Source of the DNA: Hyaloraphidium curvatum SAG 235-1
Lineage: Eukaryota > Fungi > Monoblepharomycota
Assembly: GCA_025558095.1 (NCBI GenBank)
Contig: JAIVFI010000027.1
Coordinates: 544,177 to 608,176 of the forward strand
Reading direction: 5' to 3'
DNA: 64,000 nucleotides
The notes under the pieces were generated by a model, which had not been told where the DNA came from, ran no database searches, and was given only the letters and a program-made list of their open reading frames with translations. Positions 33,321 to 42,986 of the stretch are shown here, piece after piece. The stretch's first letter is position 1; every line of letters begins with the position of its first letter. A program made the position numbers and the translations under genes.

Positions 33321-35777
33321 CTACGGCGCCAACGCCAGCACAAGTGCCGCGACAGCTGGCAATGCGACGCACCAACCGGCCCCGTTCCGCCCCAGCCATG
33401 CCCCCGACGGCCTCGGAGTCGGAAGGACCCCGGCCGTGCCCGATGTCGTCGGGCATGGAACCGGTTCCGCGCCTCCAAGCGCCGCCTTCGCGGCCCCGCA
33501 CCAGCTCCCCGCCGCGCCCTCCTCCTCGTCCGTGCAGATCTTCCCCACGTCGAGCGACCCATCCGGGGCCGGCTCCCCCGGAGCGAGCACCCCGCACGCC
33601 GACGTGCCCGAGAACCACGAGCAGCGCCGGCCGTCCGGGCCGAGGCACTGCGGGCGGCCGTCCGCCGCGGGGCGGACCAGGACGGCGTTGCCCTTGTCGC
33701 GGCAGCTCTGCACGCAGGTCCACGGGCGGAGGGTAGCGGAGGGGAGGGGGGCGCTGGTCGTAGGGGAAGGGGGCGACGCCGTTGCGGGAGAGGGGTAGGG
33801 GGATGCCGTCGTCGGCACGGCGGCGCTGGTCGCCTGGGGAGCGGAGGAGCCGGTTGCCCCGTTCGAGGGTGTGGGAAGCGAAGTTGCGGCGAGAGGTGAG
33901 GTCGCCGACGGCCGCGCCTTGGGCCTCAGCCCCAGCGCCTCCGCCGCGACGCGGCACCAACCGCCCTCCTCCGGCCCGCACGTGTATCCCTCCTGTCGCA
34001 CCATGTCGACCGCGTACGAATCGTCCCACGGCAGCGCGGTGCAGTTCTCGGTGGCGAACTGGGCGCAAGACGTCGAGTTCCGTCCCCAGCACCGCGGCAC
34101 CGACGCCGTGGTCCCGTCGGGGAGCAGCGCCGCCGCCACGTACAGCCTGCGGTCCCCGCGCGCCGGGTCGGGGATGCACGCCCGCGGCGGCGGGGGCGAG
34201 GTCCAGTTGACGCACGGAGCGGGGGGTCCGCCCAGGACCGCGGCGAGCATGCGCGGGCAGACGATGCCCTTCGGGGCGGCGGTGGGGTTGCACGGGTGTA
34301 GGCCCGGCGCCTCGGGGTCGTACTCCCAGAGCGGGACGGTGCAGCCGGCATCGACGTACTGCACGCTCTCGAAGACGGCCATGCGCATCATGCGGCGGCC
34401 GCGCATCCACGGGCCGGACCCGGGGCAGAGATCCACGCAGATCCAGTCCCCCTTGTCGGATTCGGGAGTGAGGGCCTCGACGAGGGGCATGTTGCCGCCG
34501 AACGGCAGGTCCGCCCTCGAGGGCGCCCGGACCGGGGCCGTCGCCGCCGCGTTCGCGGCGCACGCCATGTTCGGGAAGAAGATCGTGGCGCCGTCGGCCG
34601 GGTCCGCCAGGATCAAGAAGGAGTAGCCGTCGGCGTGCCGGCGCGCCACCACGAAGGGGTCGGCCGAGACGTACTCCACGTAGACGGCCGTCCATGGCCC
34701 TGCGCCGGCGGGGTCGACCGAGGGGTCGGGCGCTCCAATATAGCTGCAGTTGAAGCCCAGCACGGCCGGAGCGGGGCCAACCTTAGGCAGGTTGGCCTCC
34801 GCGAGGAGAGCGCGGCCCCGCATGCAGAAGCCGTCGGGTTTCTCGCGGTCCTCGGCCGGCACGTCGGCGCATGAGAGATACGGCAGCCCGCGGGCTTTGG
34901 TGCGGTCGGACATCGAGCAGCACGTCGCGGTCAGCTGCAGGCACTCGCGGTCGCCCCACGACCTCGAGAGGCAGGCCACCTGGCCCATTCCGTCCAGCTT
35001 CACCAGCACGTTCGCGCTCCCCGCCGCCCCACGTAGGCACCGGTACGGCGTCGCGCCCGGGTCGACCACGGCGTCGGGAGAGGGCTTTGCATGGGCGGTG
35101 ATGTTGGGTGCGAGGTCCCACGGGCAGCCCATGCCCACGGCGCACCACCGCTCGCTGAATTCGACGTCGTCGCGCGGCCCCGGCCGCAGCGTGAGGTTGG
35201 CGTAGGTCGCGCCGGCCCGTTCCTCCACGACCAGCGCCGCACCGTAGGCGGATCTCAGCTCGGCCCACGGGCAGTCAGCGTCCGCGGCACAGCGGGGGTC
35301 GACGGGGGTGTCGGTCCAGGTCCCGCCCCGCATGCGGGGCGCCTCGACGGCGAGCCAGGCGGCGCCGGCCACCTCGCAGCGCCCCGGCCGGCCCACCATC
35401 GTCACGTTGACCTCGTAGCGCGCCGCGGTGGCCATCAAGCCGTTGCTGTGCACGCCGCAGGCGTACGGAAAGCCCGTCGACGTGTTCGCGGCCCCGCACG
35501 GCGCGGGGCACACCGAGTAGCCCTCGGCGCACGGCGCGGCGCAGCAGCAGTGCGAGGTAAGCGTCTCCTCGCAGCCGGGGAGCCCGGTGGCCGCGTCCGT
35601 CACGTTGCGGTAGCGGTACTGAGACGGCCCGGAGTACGACGCTGGGGACGCCGGGCGGGGAAAGGTGGCGAGGAGGGCGAGCACGGGGAGCAGCGCCGCG
35701 GCACGGACGACCGGGCGGGCGCCGCGGCGCCCGGGGCATGTCAAAGGCGTGTTCCGGAATGCTGTTGGGGTATTCAT
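33321..35777 (-). CDS. Secreted/GPI-like Cys-rich repeat protein, intact copy
   Basis: Starts MNTPTAF; hydrophobic AAALLPVLALLATF; Cys-rich repeats (CWGRNSTSCAQF, CLGPDGRRCSWF...GSWC); S/T/P linker; hydrophobic tail VALPAVAALVLALAP. Confidence 0.8.
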   Translation of the reverse strand: MNTPTAFRNTPLTCPGRRGARPVVRAAALLPVLALLATFPRPASPASYSGPSQYRYRNVTDAATGLPGCEETLTSHCCCAAPCAEGYSVCPAPCGAANTSTGFPYACGVHSNGLMATAARYEVNVTMVGRPGRCEVAGAAWLAVEAPRMRGGTWTDTPVDPRCAADADCPWAELRSAYGAALVVEERAGATYANLTLRPGPRDDVEFSERWCAVGMGCPWDLAPNITAHAKPSPDAVVDPGATPYRCLRGAAGSANVLVKLDGMGQVACLSRSWGDRECLQLTATCCSMSDRTKARGLPYLSCADVPAEDREKPDGFCMRGRALLAEANLPKVGPAPAVLGFNCSYIGAPDPSVDPAGAGPWTAVYVEYVSADPFVVARRHADGYSFLILADPADGATIFFPNMACAANAAATAPVRAPSRADLPFGGNMPLVEALTPESDKGDWICVDLCPGSGPWMRGRRMMRMAVFESVQYVDAGCTVPLWEYDPEAPGLHPCNPTAAPKGIVCPRMLAAVLGGPPAPCVNWTSPPPPRACIPDPARGDRRLYVAAALLPDGTTASVPRCWGRNSTSCAQFATENCTALPWDDSYAVDMVRQEGYTCGPEEGGWCRVAAEALGLRPKARPSATSPLAATSLPTPSNGATGSSAPQATSAAVPTTASPYPSPATASPPSPTTSAPLPSATLRPWTCVQSCRDKGNAVLVRPAADGRPQCLGPDGRRCSWFSGTSACGVLAPGEPAPDGSLDVGKICTDEEEGAAGSWCGAAKAALGGAEPVPCPTTSGTAGVLPTPRPSGAWLGRNGAGWCVALPAVAALVLALAP

Positions 35778-36046
35778 CGCGTTGCCAGGAGGAGATTCCT
35801 GTTTGCGGGTTGGATGACTCGCGGGGTGTGGCGCAGACTGAGTGAGGGGACGCACATCCTCAGCGTTCGACGGCGCCAAGATGAGAGCAAGAGGGCCGAA
35901 CGGAAGGAGACGGCATCGCATGTGGACCATGCCCATAGAGAGAGGAAGTGGGCTCGCGGCATGAACAGATCCGGTTTCGGTGTTGACTGCGAAGCCGCAT
36001 CCATGGCAACCTGGTGGCAACCCGGCGGGTGCCCCGGCGAACCGAA

Positions 36047-37850
36047 TTATTCGTCCCAGTACATCTGCTCCCACACCGTCAGCGCGTCCATCTCCACGAG
36101 CTCCGAAGGCAAGCCCCCAATCGATCCGCGGCGGATCCAGCCCTGCCAGTGCCGCACCTCCTCGACCGCGGCCCGGAACCCGGTTGAACTCGTCCGTGCT
36201 CCGCATCCCAACCGCAGCGCGCAGGTACGGATCGCCGGTGTCGGCTCCCTTGTAGATGAAGAGGCGGATGATGCCGCCATAGCCGGCAATGGCGTCGCCA
36301 TCCGGCTTGCCGGAGGCGAACTTGACGGCCGCGGCCACTTGGACGGCCAAGGGGGGGTCGAGGAGCAAGCCAAGCCAACGGAACCCCAACGCGCGGCACA
36401 AACTGACGCCCGCAAATTCGACTTCGTCGATCAGGGTCTGATTCGCGAGAAGTCCGTCCACGAGGCCGGGCCGCGGTTCCAAGAGAAACTGAGCTAAAGC
36501 TGTGTCGAAAACCGAGGGATGGCAGACCCGGCAGACATAATCCGGGAAGGACCCCGAGAACAGGCGGTGCTTCACTGTGGCATCGTTCGTGGCCGCACTG
36601 ATCACGGCGAAGAAGAGGCAGAGGCAGAGGGGGAGGTTGGACGAGGGGACTGTCCTCCGTCGCTTCGCTCCGTCGTCGGTCCCTCGTGGCCGGTTAGGCC
36701 TGGACCGCAGGTCCTTATGACGTCTCCCTGTGCGACAGCTCCCTTGGCTCTCGTTCCTCTCTCCCGTCTCCTGTTGCCGGATGGGGGGAGTGGGGGGTCT
36801 CCCCCCCAAAGGCTCCCGACCGTGCGAAGCACGGAACTGCTGCGCGGAGCGCCGGCCCTACAGCCTACATTCCCTACACTCCATTCTATGATGTGGACCT
36901 ACGGTCCAGGCCTAACCGGCCACGAGGGGCCGACGACGGAGCGCAGCGACGGAGGACAGTCCCCTCGTCCAACCTCCCCCTCTGCCTCTGCCTAGAAGAG
37001 CGGCCCGGTAATCCCAAGCTCGTTATGCTCATAAAACTCGAAGCTGTCTCGCAAGTCCTCAAGGAATAGGGGAGCGGTGGCCACGGTGGGTCCCAATCCC
37101 ATGTCAATGGCGGCCGATCGCAGCAGGGGGGACCGAGCGAGCACGCGCGGGATGAGGCCCGGGAAATCAAGCCCGAGGTCGCCGCAACGCCGGAAATATC
37201 CAGGAACCGCGACAAGCAACGACTTCAGCATCGGATAAGCCCAGGGTACCGAGGTTATCAACTTCTTGGCCGAGTCACGGTAGTCGTCGAAGAAGGCGGA
37301 GAGCAGCGAACCGGGCTCCTCTCCGCGGGTGAGGTATTCCAGCATGTCCGCGCGCATCTCCGGACCCTCCAAAAGCCACCGTAATACCCGCTTCGATGTG
37401 TTAACCATAGCGCTCTTCAGACGAAGCCGTTTTGCACACGAAAGAGAAGGAAATAGGGAAGCGCTCTGCAAATAATCTGCGGCGTCCTGCATCCGTCGTC
37501 GCGGAACGTTCAACGATCGCCAGGAATAGTCCTGCTCCGTGGCCCGGACGGCGTTCCTCCACCAGGAAGAACGTCTCGCGGAGATGCTGAGCGAATGCAT
37601 GCGCAGTATTTGGCGTCGGTCCCAAGCCAAATTCAATAGCGACGGGTGTCAGATTAGGTGGGCAGAGATTAAGAAGCGGCAGGCATCTCGCGAATGAAGG
37701 ATATCCAAGATCGATGGCACCCATCTTCGGATAAGCATCCCTGGGTCGACGATCTGCACGGCTTCGGCCGAGCTGCGGAGCTTCGCAAGGCGCGCTTCGG
37801 GGTCTTCCACCGGTAGCGAGGTCGTCGGCGCCGTCAGGAGGGGTTGGTGG
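36047..37850 (-). pseudogene. Degenerate composite of two DPVLAAA-family copies, interrupted by a MITE
   Basis: EDPEARLAKL, then FGLGPTP, then a second RVLRWLLE...PWAYP...MGLGPT. After the MITE: FFAVIS...EPRPGLVDGLL...IIRLFIYKGADTGDPYLRAAV. Confidence 0.75.
36616..36993. mobile_element. 378-bp non-autonomous TIR element (MITE) with 99-bp TIRs and 5-bp TSD AGAAG
   Basis: 36616-36714 is the reverse complement of 36895-36993 with 3 mismatches. AGAAG flanks it at 36611-36615 and 36994-36998. Removing it restores GPLFFAVI in the host gene. Confidence 0.93.
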
Positions 37851-37996
37851 GATGTTGTGGTCGTGACCGATGACTCGGCGTGCCGTGTGCCGGCCTGCCG
37901 TTGGAAGCCACAACGTCCGTCCATCACTTTCCTCCATTTCCTCCGTAACTACATTCACAGATCCATAACCATGCCTCTAGCCCCCAACCTTCCCCC

Positions 37997-39926
37997 CTAA
38001 ACATCGCCCCCGGCCCTCCCCTCCCGCCCGCTGATCCCGCTCCCCGTCTCCCTCAATTCGGTCCCCTCCTCGCTGTACGGCACCAGCAGCGCGCTCCCCG
38101 AATGGCTCGCGAACGAGGCGCGGGGTTCTTCCGAGAGAACGGAGGGGGAGAACGAAGGGCGGGGGTCGGAGGGTGCGGAGGAGGCGGCGGGGACGACGCC
38201 GGAGGGGGCGGCGGTGGTCCGGCGCCAGGGGAGCAGGCGCAGCCGGGGTGGGGAGGGCGCGGGAGCGGGGGGCGTCGGCGGGGTGGTGGGTGTCGGCGGG
38301 GTGGCGGGGCGTTCCGGGGTGGTCGGGGAAGGAGGCTCGGTGCCGACCGTTGCTTCGGCCGCCGCCGGCGCGGACGGTGCGGCCGTGGCACCGGCCGCCG
38401 CCGCCTCCGCTTCCCTCCGCCGCCGCCGCCGTCTCCTCCGCCTGCGCTCGCCCTCTTCGGGAGGTCCCTCGGTGACACCCCTCACGCAAAGGGGACACCT
38501 CCCCGCGACGCCGAGCCACTCGTCCACGCACGCGCGGTGGAAGTGGTGCCCGCACGGCAGGCGCCGCAGGACGTCGCCAGGCTCGTAGGACGACAGGCAG
38601 ATGACGCACGTGGCGTCTTCGGGTTCGAGCTCCAGGTCGGGTGGGGGTTTGGGGGCGCGGGAGGTGAGCGTGGGGAGGCGCAGGCGCCGGGTCGACGGGG
38701 TGGCGGGGGGTGTGGCTGCCGTTCCGCGCTCGAGGTCACGCTCGGCGGAGGACGAGTTCCGAGGGTTGGTGCCCGGCTTGGGCACGAACGTCCGCAGCTC
38801 CAGCGTCCGCAGCACGTCGTCCCCCACCCCCCTCCCGCCCTGCCCCGCCGCGTCCCCGACCCTGAGCCAGCGCATCCCCACGAGCACGCAGGGAAGGCAG
38901 AACACCACGGCGCCGCACAGCACCACGGGCACGGTGATTACCGCGTAGCCGAACACGACGAGGGCGAGGGACGTGTAGTAGACGGCGGGGGAGGTCTCGG
39001 AGCAGGTGGTGGAGGTGAAGAGCCACCAGTTGCCGATGACGAACCAGAGCGTGGCGAACAGGTCGAGCGCGGACTTGCCCCTGCGCGCGAGCGAAGCGAG
39101 GGAGTGCAACGGGGGGCGGAGAAAGGCAGGCGGCGACAAGTTAGCAAAGAAGGGCAGCCATCGGACTTGCAACGCCCCACCTATCGACCCAACCGCCGAT
39201 CCACCTCTCGCGCTCCCTGTCCGCCTCGCTCAGCCCCTCCCTCCCCCTCGCCGGATGGGTCATCCGCCACGCCACCAGCGGGCTCACCGCGGTGACCCTC
39301 ACGACGTGCAGCACGATGAACAGCCGCAAAGGGGAATCGCACTGCTGCCCGGCCGACACGGCGAGCACGGCCACGCAGGCGGCGAACTGCGCCACGGTGA
39401 GCGACATGGAGAGCACCAGGAGCGAGATGGAGGAGGGCGAGAGGCGCGCGGGGAAGAGGAAGCGGAAGAAGTTGAGGCGTGCGGTGCGGGCGGCGTGGGG
39501 CGGCAGGTGGGGTGCCGCAGCCGCGCCCTCGTCGTCGTCCTCCTCGTCCTCCGAGACGTCCGAATCGTCGGTGCCGGAGAATGTGTCGGTGTCGGAGGCG
39601 CCCCCGGCTTGGGGAGGGCTGCCCGGCGGCGGGGCGTCGGGGTCCGCCGCCGCTGTGCCCCCTTCCCAAGCCGCGGCCGCCGCGCTCCCCGCCCCCGCCG
39701 CCGCGTTCCCCGCGCTGTCCGCATTGTGCCCAGCCCCGGCCGCCCCGCCCGCGGCTTCCGCACGGTCCGCCGGCTTCCCCTCTTGCGTCGCCGCGCGCCC
39801 CGCTTCCCCCGCGCCCGCCAAACCTCCCCGCCCCGCCCCGCCGCCGCCGTCCATTCGCACGACCACCACATCGGCCGCATCGTCCGACGGCGCCGATGCG
39901 GACGCCGCGGGTGTGGGGGACGCCAT
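37997..39926 (-). CDS. Transmembrane RING-H2 E3 ubiquitin ligase, intron(s) near 39110-39250
   Basis: [32 protein letters not shown]...CPLC; TM region with [20 protein letters not shown] and FCLPC. Confidence 0.9.
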
Positions 39927-40003
39927 GCCGCCGCCTGGCCGACGCGGTGCCCTGTGCCGCAGGCTCTCTGAGACTGGAGCGGGGGCGCGAGAATTTACCC
40001 GGA

Positions 40004-42142
40004 ATGGACCCCCCTGACACAGGGCAGGGGCCCAATGATGCGGCCGCTCCCGTGGTCCTGCCTGATGGCAAGGTCTCCCCTGCGCTCGCCGCGGCCTCCT
40101 CGGAGGCGCTTGCGAATCCCGTCCACTCTTCCCACGCTCCCGGCGTCGCTGCCTCTCCTCGCCTCCCTGGCGCGGCAGAGGAGCCCGCGCCGGCCCCCGC
40201 TGGTGCTACGGCTCAGCTGACAGGTTCTAAGGAGGACGCTGCTGAATCGACCACTGAAATCCGCCCCGCGTCCGCCAACGGCGGCGCCCGGGAGGAGCCG
40301 GCTCCGCAGAATCGTCTCCCGAAAGCAACCGCCCCCGCCACGCGCCTGGGGTCTCGCTCTTTCGCCGCAGCAACGTCGCGCACCTCGCCCGACCGCCCGA
40401 TTGTTCGTGTCACGGACGGCGCGATGGCGGAGCATCTGGCTTCTGCCATGCCTTTCTCGGCGCCCACCAACTACGCCAAGCTCATCGATCGGGTGCAACC
40501 GCACGCCAACGGTCGGGGCTACACGCCGGCCTTCATTGGGCCTGTCCCCCACTGCCTCATCGACCTCAACGGTGTGCCAAAGGACCGACGGCGCGTCGTC
40601 GCCGAAGCCGTGGCGAAGGCGACCTTCCCCACCACCGTCTTCACGACCGAGACGCGAGGCTACAACCCGCGTTACTCGCGACTGGACCTCTTCTGTGTTG
40701 TTGGTGCTGTCGACGGGGCAGACGCTATCAACGCCTTGGTGGAGCAGGGGGTGCTGGAGGTCAAGTTCCCAAACGGCCCGACGCGTCGGCTGCGCATCCA
40801 CCCTGTCTTCAAGGACACGCACGCCGAGCTCAAGATCGGGCCCATGATCGTCCCTGGTTCGGTGCACGAGTGCCCGGACTGGTGGGCCCGCCTCTACGCG
40901 ACTTTCCAGAACCACTATGGGGCCCCTTGCCAAGTCATTGAAGCGGCTCCCATCTCGGGCACCGACAGCAACGCCTTCTGGCGGGTCACTTTCGACGTCT
41001 CGCAGTGCGGGGTTGATGCCTTCTTTGACCGTGCAGCACGCATTGGCCCACCCTCGTACTGCTTCCTTGACTCGTGGGGGACACTCCTCCAGCACAAGCT
41101 CCTTCGCCCAGCTGTCCGCTATGACAGTAGCAACGGACAGTGCGGCCACTGCAAGCGCACGGGCGGCCACGTCGGTGACGATGCCACGTGCACCAACTGT
41201 GCTTACTGCCCAGACGGTCTCAACCGCATGAATCCCGGCGCCTTTGCCAGCCCGCAAGCACGCCGTGCGCACGAGGCGGACTGCATTCACAACCCGGCCA
41301 ACGTACGGCTCTCTCCCCCAACGGTGGAGCCCGCCACGACCCCGCGGCTGCCCCCCCTGAGGGAAGAGGTCGTTCCTCCGCATCTGGCTTCCCCCACCGC
41401 CCCTGCGGCCAACGAGTGGCTTACAGCTGGGCCGTCCGGCAAGCGCGCAGGCTCTGCGCCCCCAGCTCTTGCCCAGCCAGTGGCCAAGGCGTCCCACAAC
41501 AGGTTTTCGGCACTCGGTGGTGGTGGTGCCGGTGCTTCGGTCGATTGGGGGGAGTCTGACGCCGCCGAAAAGATGGATTTCCATGGTCTTCCCATTTTAG
41601 AGCCGGCTGACAAGGATGGGGACGAGGACATGGGTGGTGCCGACCAGCTGGCCGCTGAGAACGCCATCAGCAGTGCTGCACAGCAGGTTGCAGCCAATAC
41701 CGCGCTGGAGGATCTGGAGCTTGCTGCTCCCGCAATGGAGGGCACGGAATCTGCGATGGAGGAGGATGCCACCGGCTCTGAGGCCTCGGGTGGAAACGAC
41801 GCCGCCTCCGAAGCCTCTGCTGAGGGCGATGGTTCGAACTCGGAGGCACCAAGCGAAGACATGCACACGGCCGATGAGGCCGCTGGGGCATCCGCGGTTG
41901 GTGATCCTACGATGGCCCCAGGCCCCAAGCACGCAGGCAAGGGCCGTCCCGTGGAGGATGTGGCAGGGACAAACCCGGACAAGGTTGCCAAGCCGTATCA
42001 GCAAATCGACGTCAAATCCGCCAAAGCGGAACGGAAGGCCAAGGCGGCCGTTCGCAAGCTCGGCTCCCCCCAGGCCAAGGCCGCCTCCACGTCAACCGGA
42101 TCCCTGCTGCCGGCTCCTGGCTCACCGTCCTTGAATGCCTAA
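40004..42142 (+). CDS. Retrotransposon ORF1, gag-like nucleic-acid-binding protein
   Basis: ATG 13 nt inside the element; SFAAA motif; globular core; CGHCKRTGGHVGDDATC and CAYC...HEADC; NRFSAL; acidic disordered tail. Confidence 0.75.
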   Translation: MDPPDTGQGPNDAAAPVVLPDGKVSPALAAASSEALANPVHSSHAPGVAASPRLPGAAEEPAPAPAGATAQLTGSKEDAAESTTEIRPASANGGAREEPAPQNRLPKATAPATRLGSRSFAAATSRTSPDRPIVRVTDGAMAEHLASAMPFSAPTNYAKLIDRVQPHANGRGYTPAFIGPVPHCLIDLNGVPKDRRRVVAEAVAKATFPTTVFTTETRGYNPRYSRLDLFCVVGAVDGADAINALVEQGVLEVKFPNGPTRRLRIHPVFKDTHAELKIGPMIVPGSVHECPDWWARLYATFQNHYGAPCQVIEAAPISGTDSNAFWRVTFDVSQCGVDAFFDRAARIGPPSYCFLDSWGTLLQHKLLRPAVRYDSSNGQCGHCKRTGGHVGDDATCTNCAYCPDGLNRMNPGAFASPQARRAHEADCIHNPANVRLSPPTVEPATTPRLPPLREEVVPPHLASPTAPAANEWLTAGPSGKRAGSAPPALAQPVAKASHNRFSALGGGGAGASVDWGESDAAEKMDFHGLPILEPADKDGDEDMGGADQLAAENAISSAAQQVAANTALEDLELAAPAMEGTESAMEEDATGSEASGGNDAASEASAEGDGSNSEAPSEDMHTADEAAGASAVGDPTMAPGPKHAGKGRPVEDVAGTNPDKVAKPYQQIDVKSAKAERKAKAAVRKLGSPQAKAASTSTGSLLPAPGSPSLNA

Positions 42143-42986
42143 AACACCACCAAGCAAGTGGCAACGCCGAGTAGTGGGCTGCTCTTCTCGGCGCCGAGCT
42201 CGTCCGGATACCTCCCGGGCGCGGTCAGCCCCTCCATCTTTTGCTGTTTTGCAGTCTTCACCGGTACGCCAACTACCACTATCTACAACGTCTCACCGAG
42301 TTCCGAGGCCGTTCGCGGCAGCAGGGGAGACTTCCGACATTGACCCCGCGTCCCCCGGGGCCCCTCGGCCAAATGCCGTGCCTAGCTTGGCCGAGGGTCA
42401 CACTCTGCCCACGCCGCCCCGCGGCTCCTCCCGCTTGCCGGCACCAGCGGGGGGGAAAGGGGCGGCATGCTCGGAAGTATCTCCCTCCTCGTCATCGCAG
42501 ATCTTGATCGCTGATGCCCCGGCTTCGGCCGCTTCCATGCTCTCGGCGCACCCAGGCCATCCTCCGTGGGAAACCCCAGCTGCAACCGCCGTGCCGAGCT
42601 TGCAGCTGCCGCCTGCGCCGCCCCGCACAACCCCCGGCACGCCGCCGGCACCAACGGCCGGGGGGGGGCAGAGCTCCTCGGAAGTATCCACTCCGACGCG
42701 CACCTTGCCTCCTTGGTATGCTCACACGGAGCCCGGTTCGCCGGCGCACCTCGAATGGCCAGGTTCCGAGCTCCTCGATGACGGCGGCAGTGATGCTATC
42801 GGTGACGCGTGGTCGGCGCTTGCGGCCTGGCACAGGGCGGGGGGCGACCTGACCGAGTCACAGGAGGTTTGGATGCGGACACATGCGCTCGACGATTGGG
42901 AGATCTCGTCGGACAAGGCACCGTCCGCGGTAGCTGATCCTGGCGGCGGGACACCGGCATCGCCGCCGCCACCGTATTCGCCATGA
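42135..42986 (+). CDS. Retrotransposon ORF2, Pro/Ser/Ala-rich orphan with a Trp-rich acidic C-terminal segment
   Basis: 283-aa ORF that exactly bridges ORF1 and ORF3, with overlaps ATGCCTAA (42135-42142) and ATGA (42983-42986). Confidence 0.6.
   Translation: MPKTPPSKWQRRVVGCSSRRRARPDTSRARSAPPSFAVLQSSPVRQLPLSTTSHRVPRPFAAAGETSDIDPASPGAPRPNAVPSLAEGHTLPTPPRGSSRLPAPAGGKGAACSEVSPSSSSQILIADAPASAASMLSAHPGHPPWETPAATAVPSLQLPPAPPRTTPGTPPAPTAGGGQSSSEVSTPTRTLPPWYAHTEPGSPAHLEWPGSELLDDGGSDAIGDAWSALAAWHRAGGDLTESQEVWMRTHALDDWEISSDKAPSAVADPGGGTPASPPPPYSP

Noticed and set aside
33321-36809. 1162-aa ORF as a single protein
   Set aside because: It is a chance read-through of MITE sequence, a pseudogene fragment and intergenic DNA into the real gene, which starts at 35777 as judged by its paralog.
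36616-36993. MITE acting as a spliceable introner
   Set aside because: On the host (minus) strand there is no AG acceptor at the distal end, and the junction creates a TAG stop.
39479-40003. N-terminal extension of retrotransposon ORF1 (887-aa call)
   Set aside because: It lies almost entirely outside the TSD and is antisense to the RING gene; the first ATG inside the element is at 40004.
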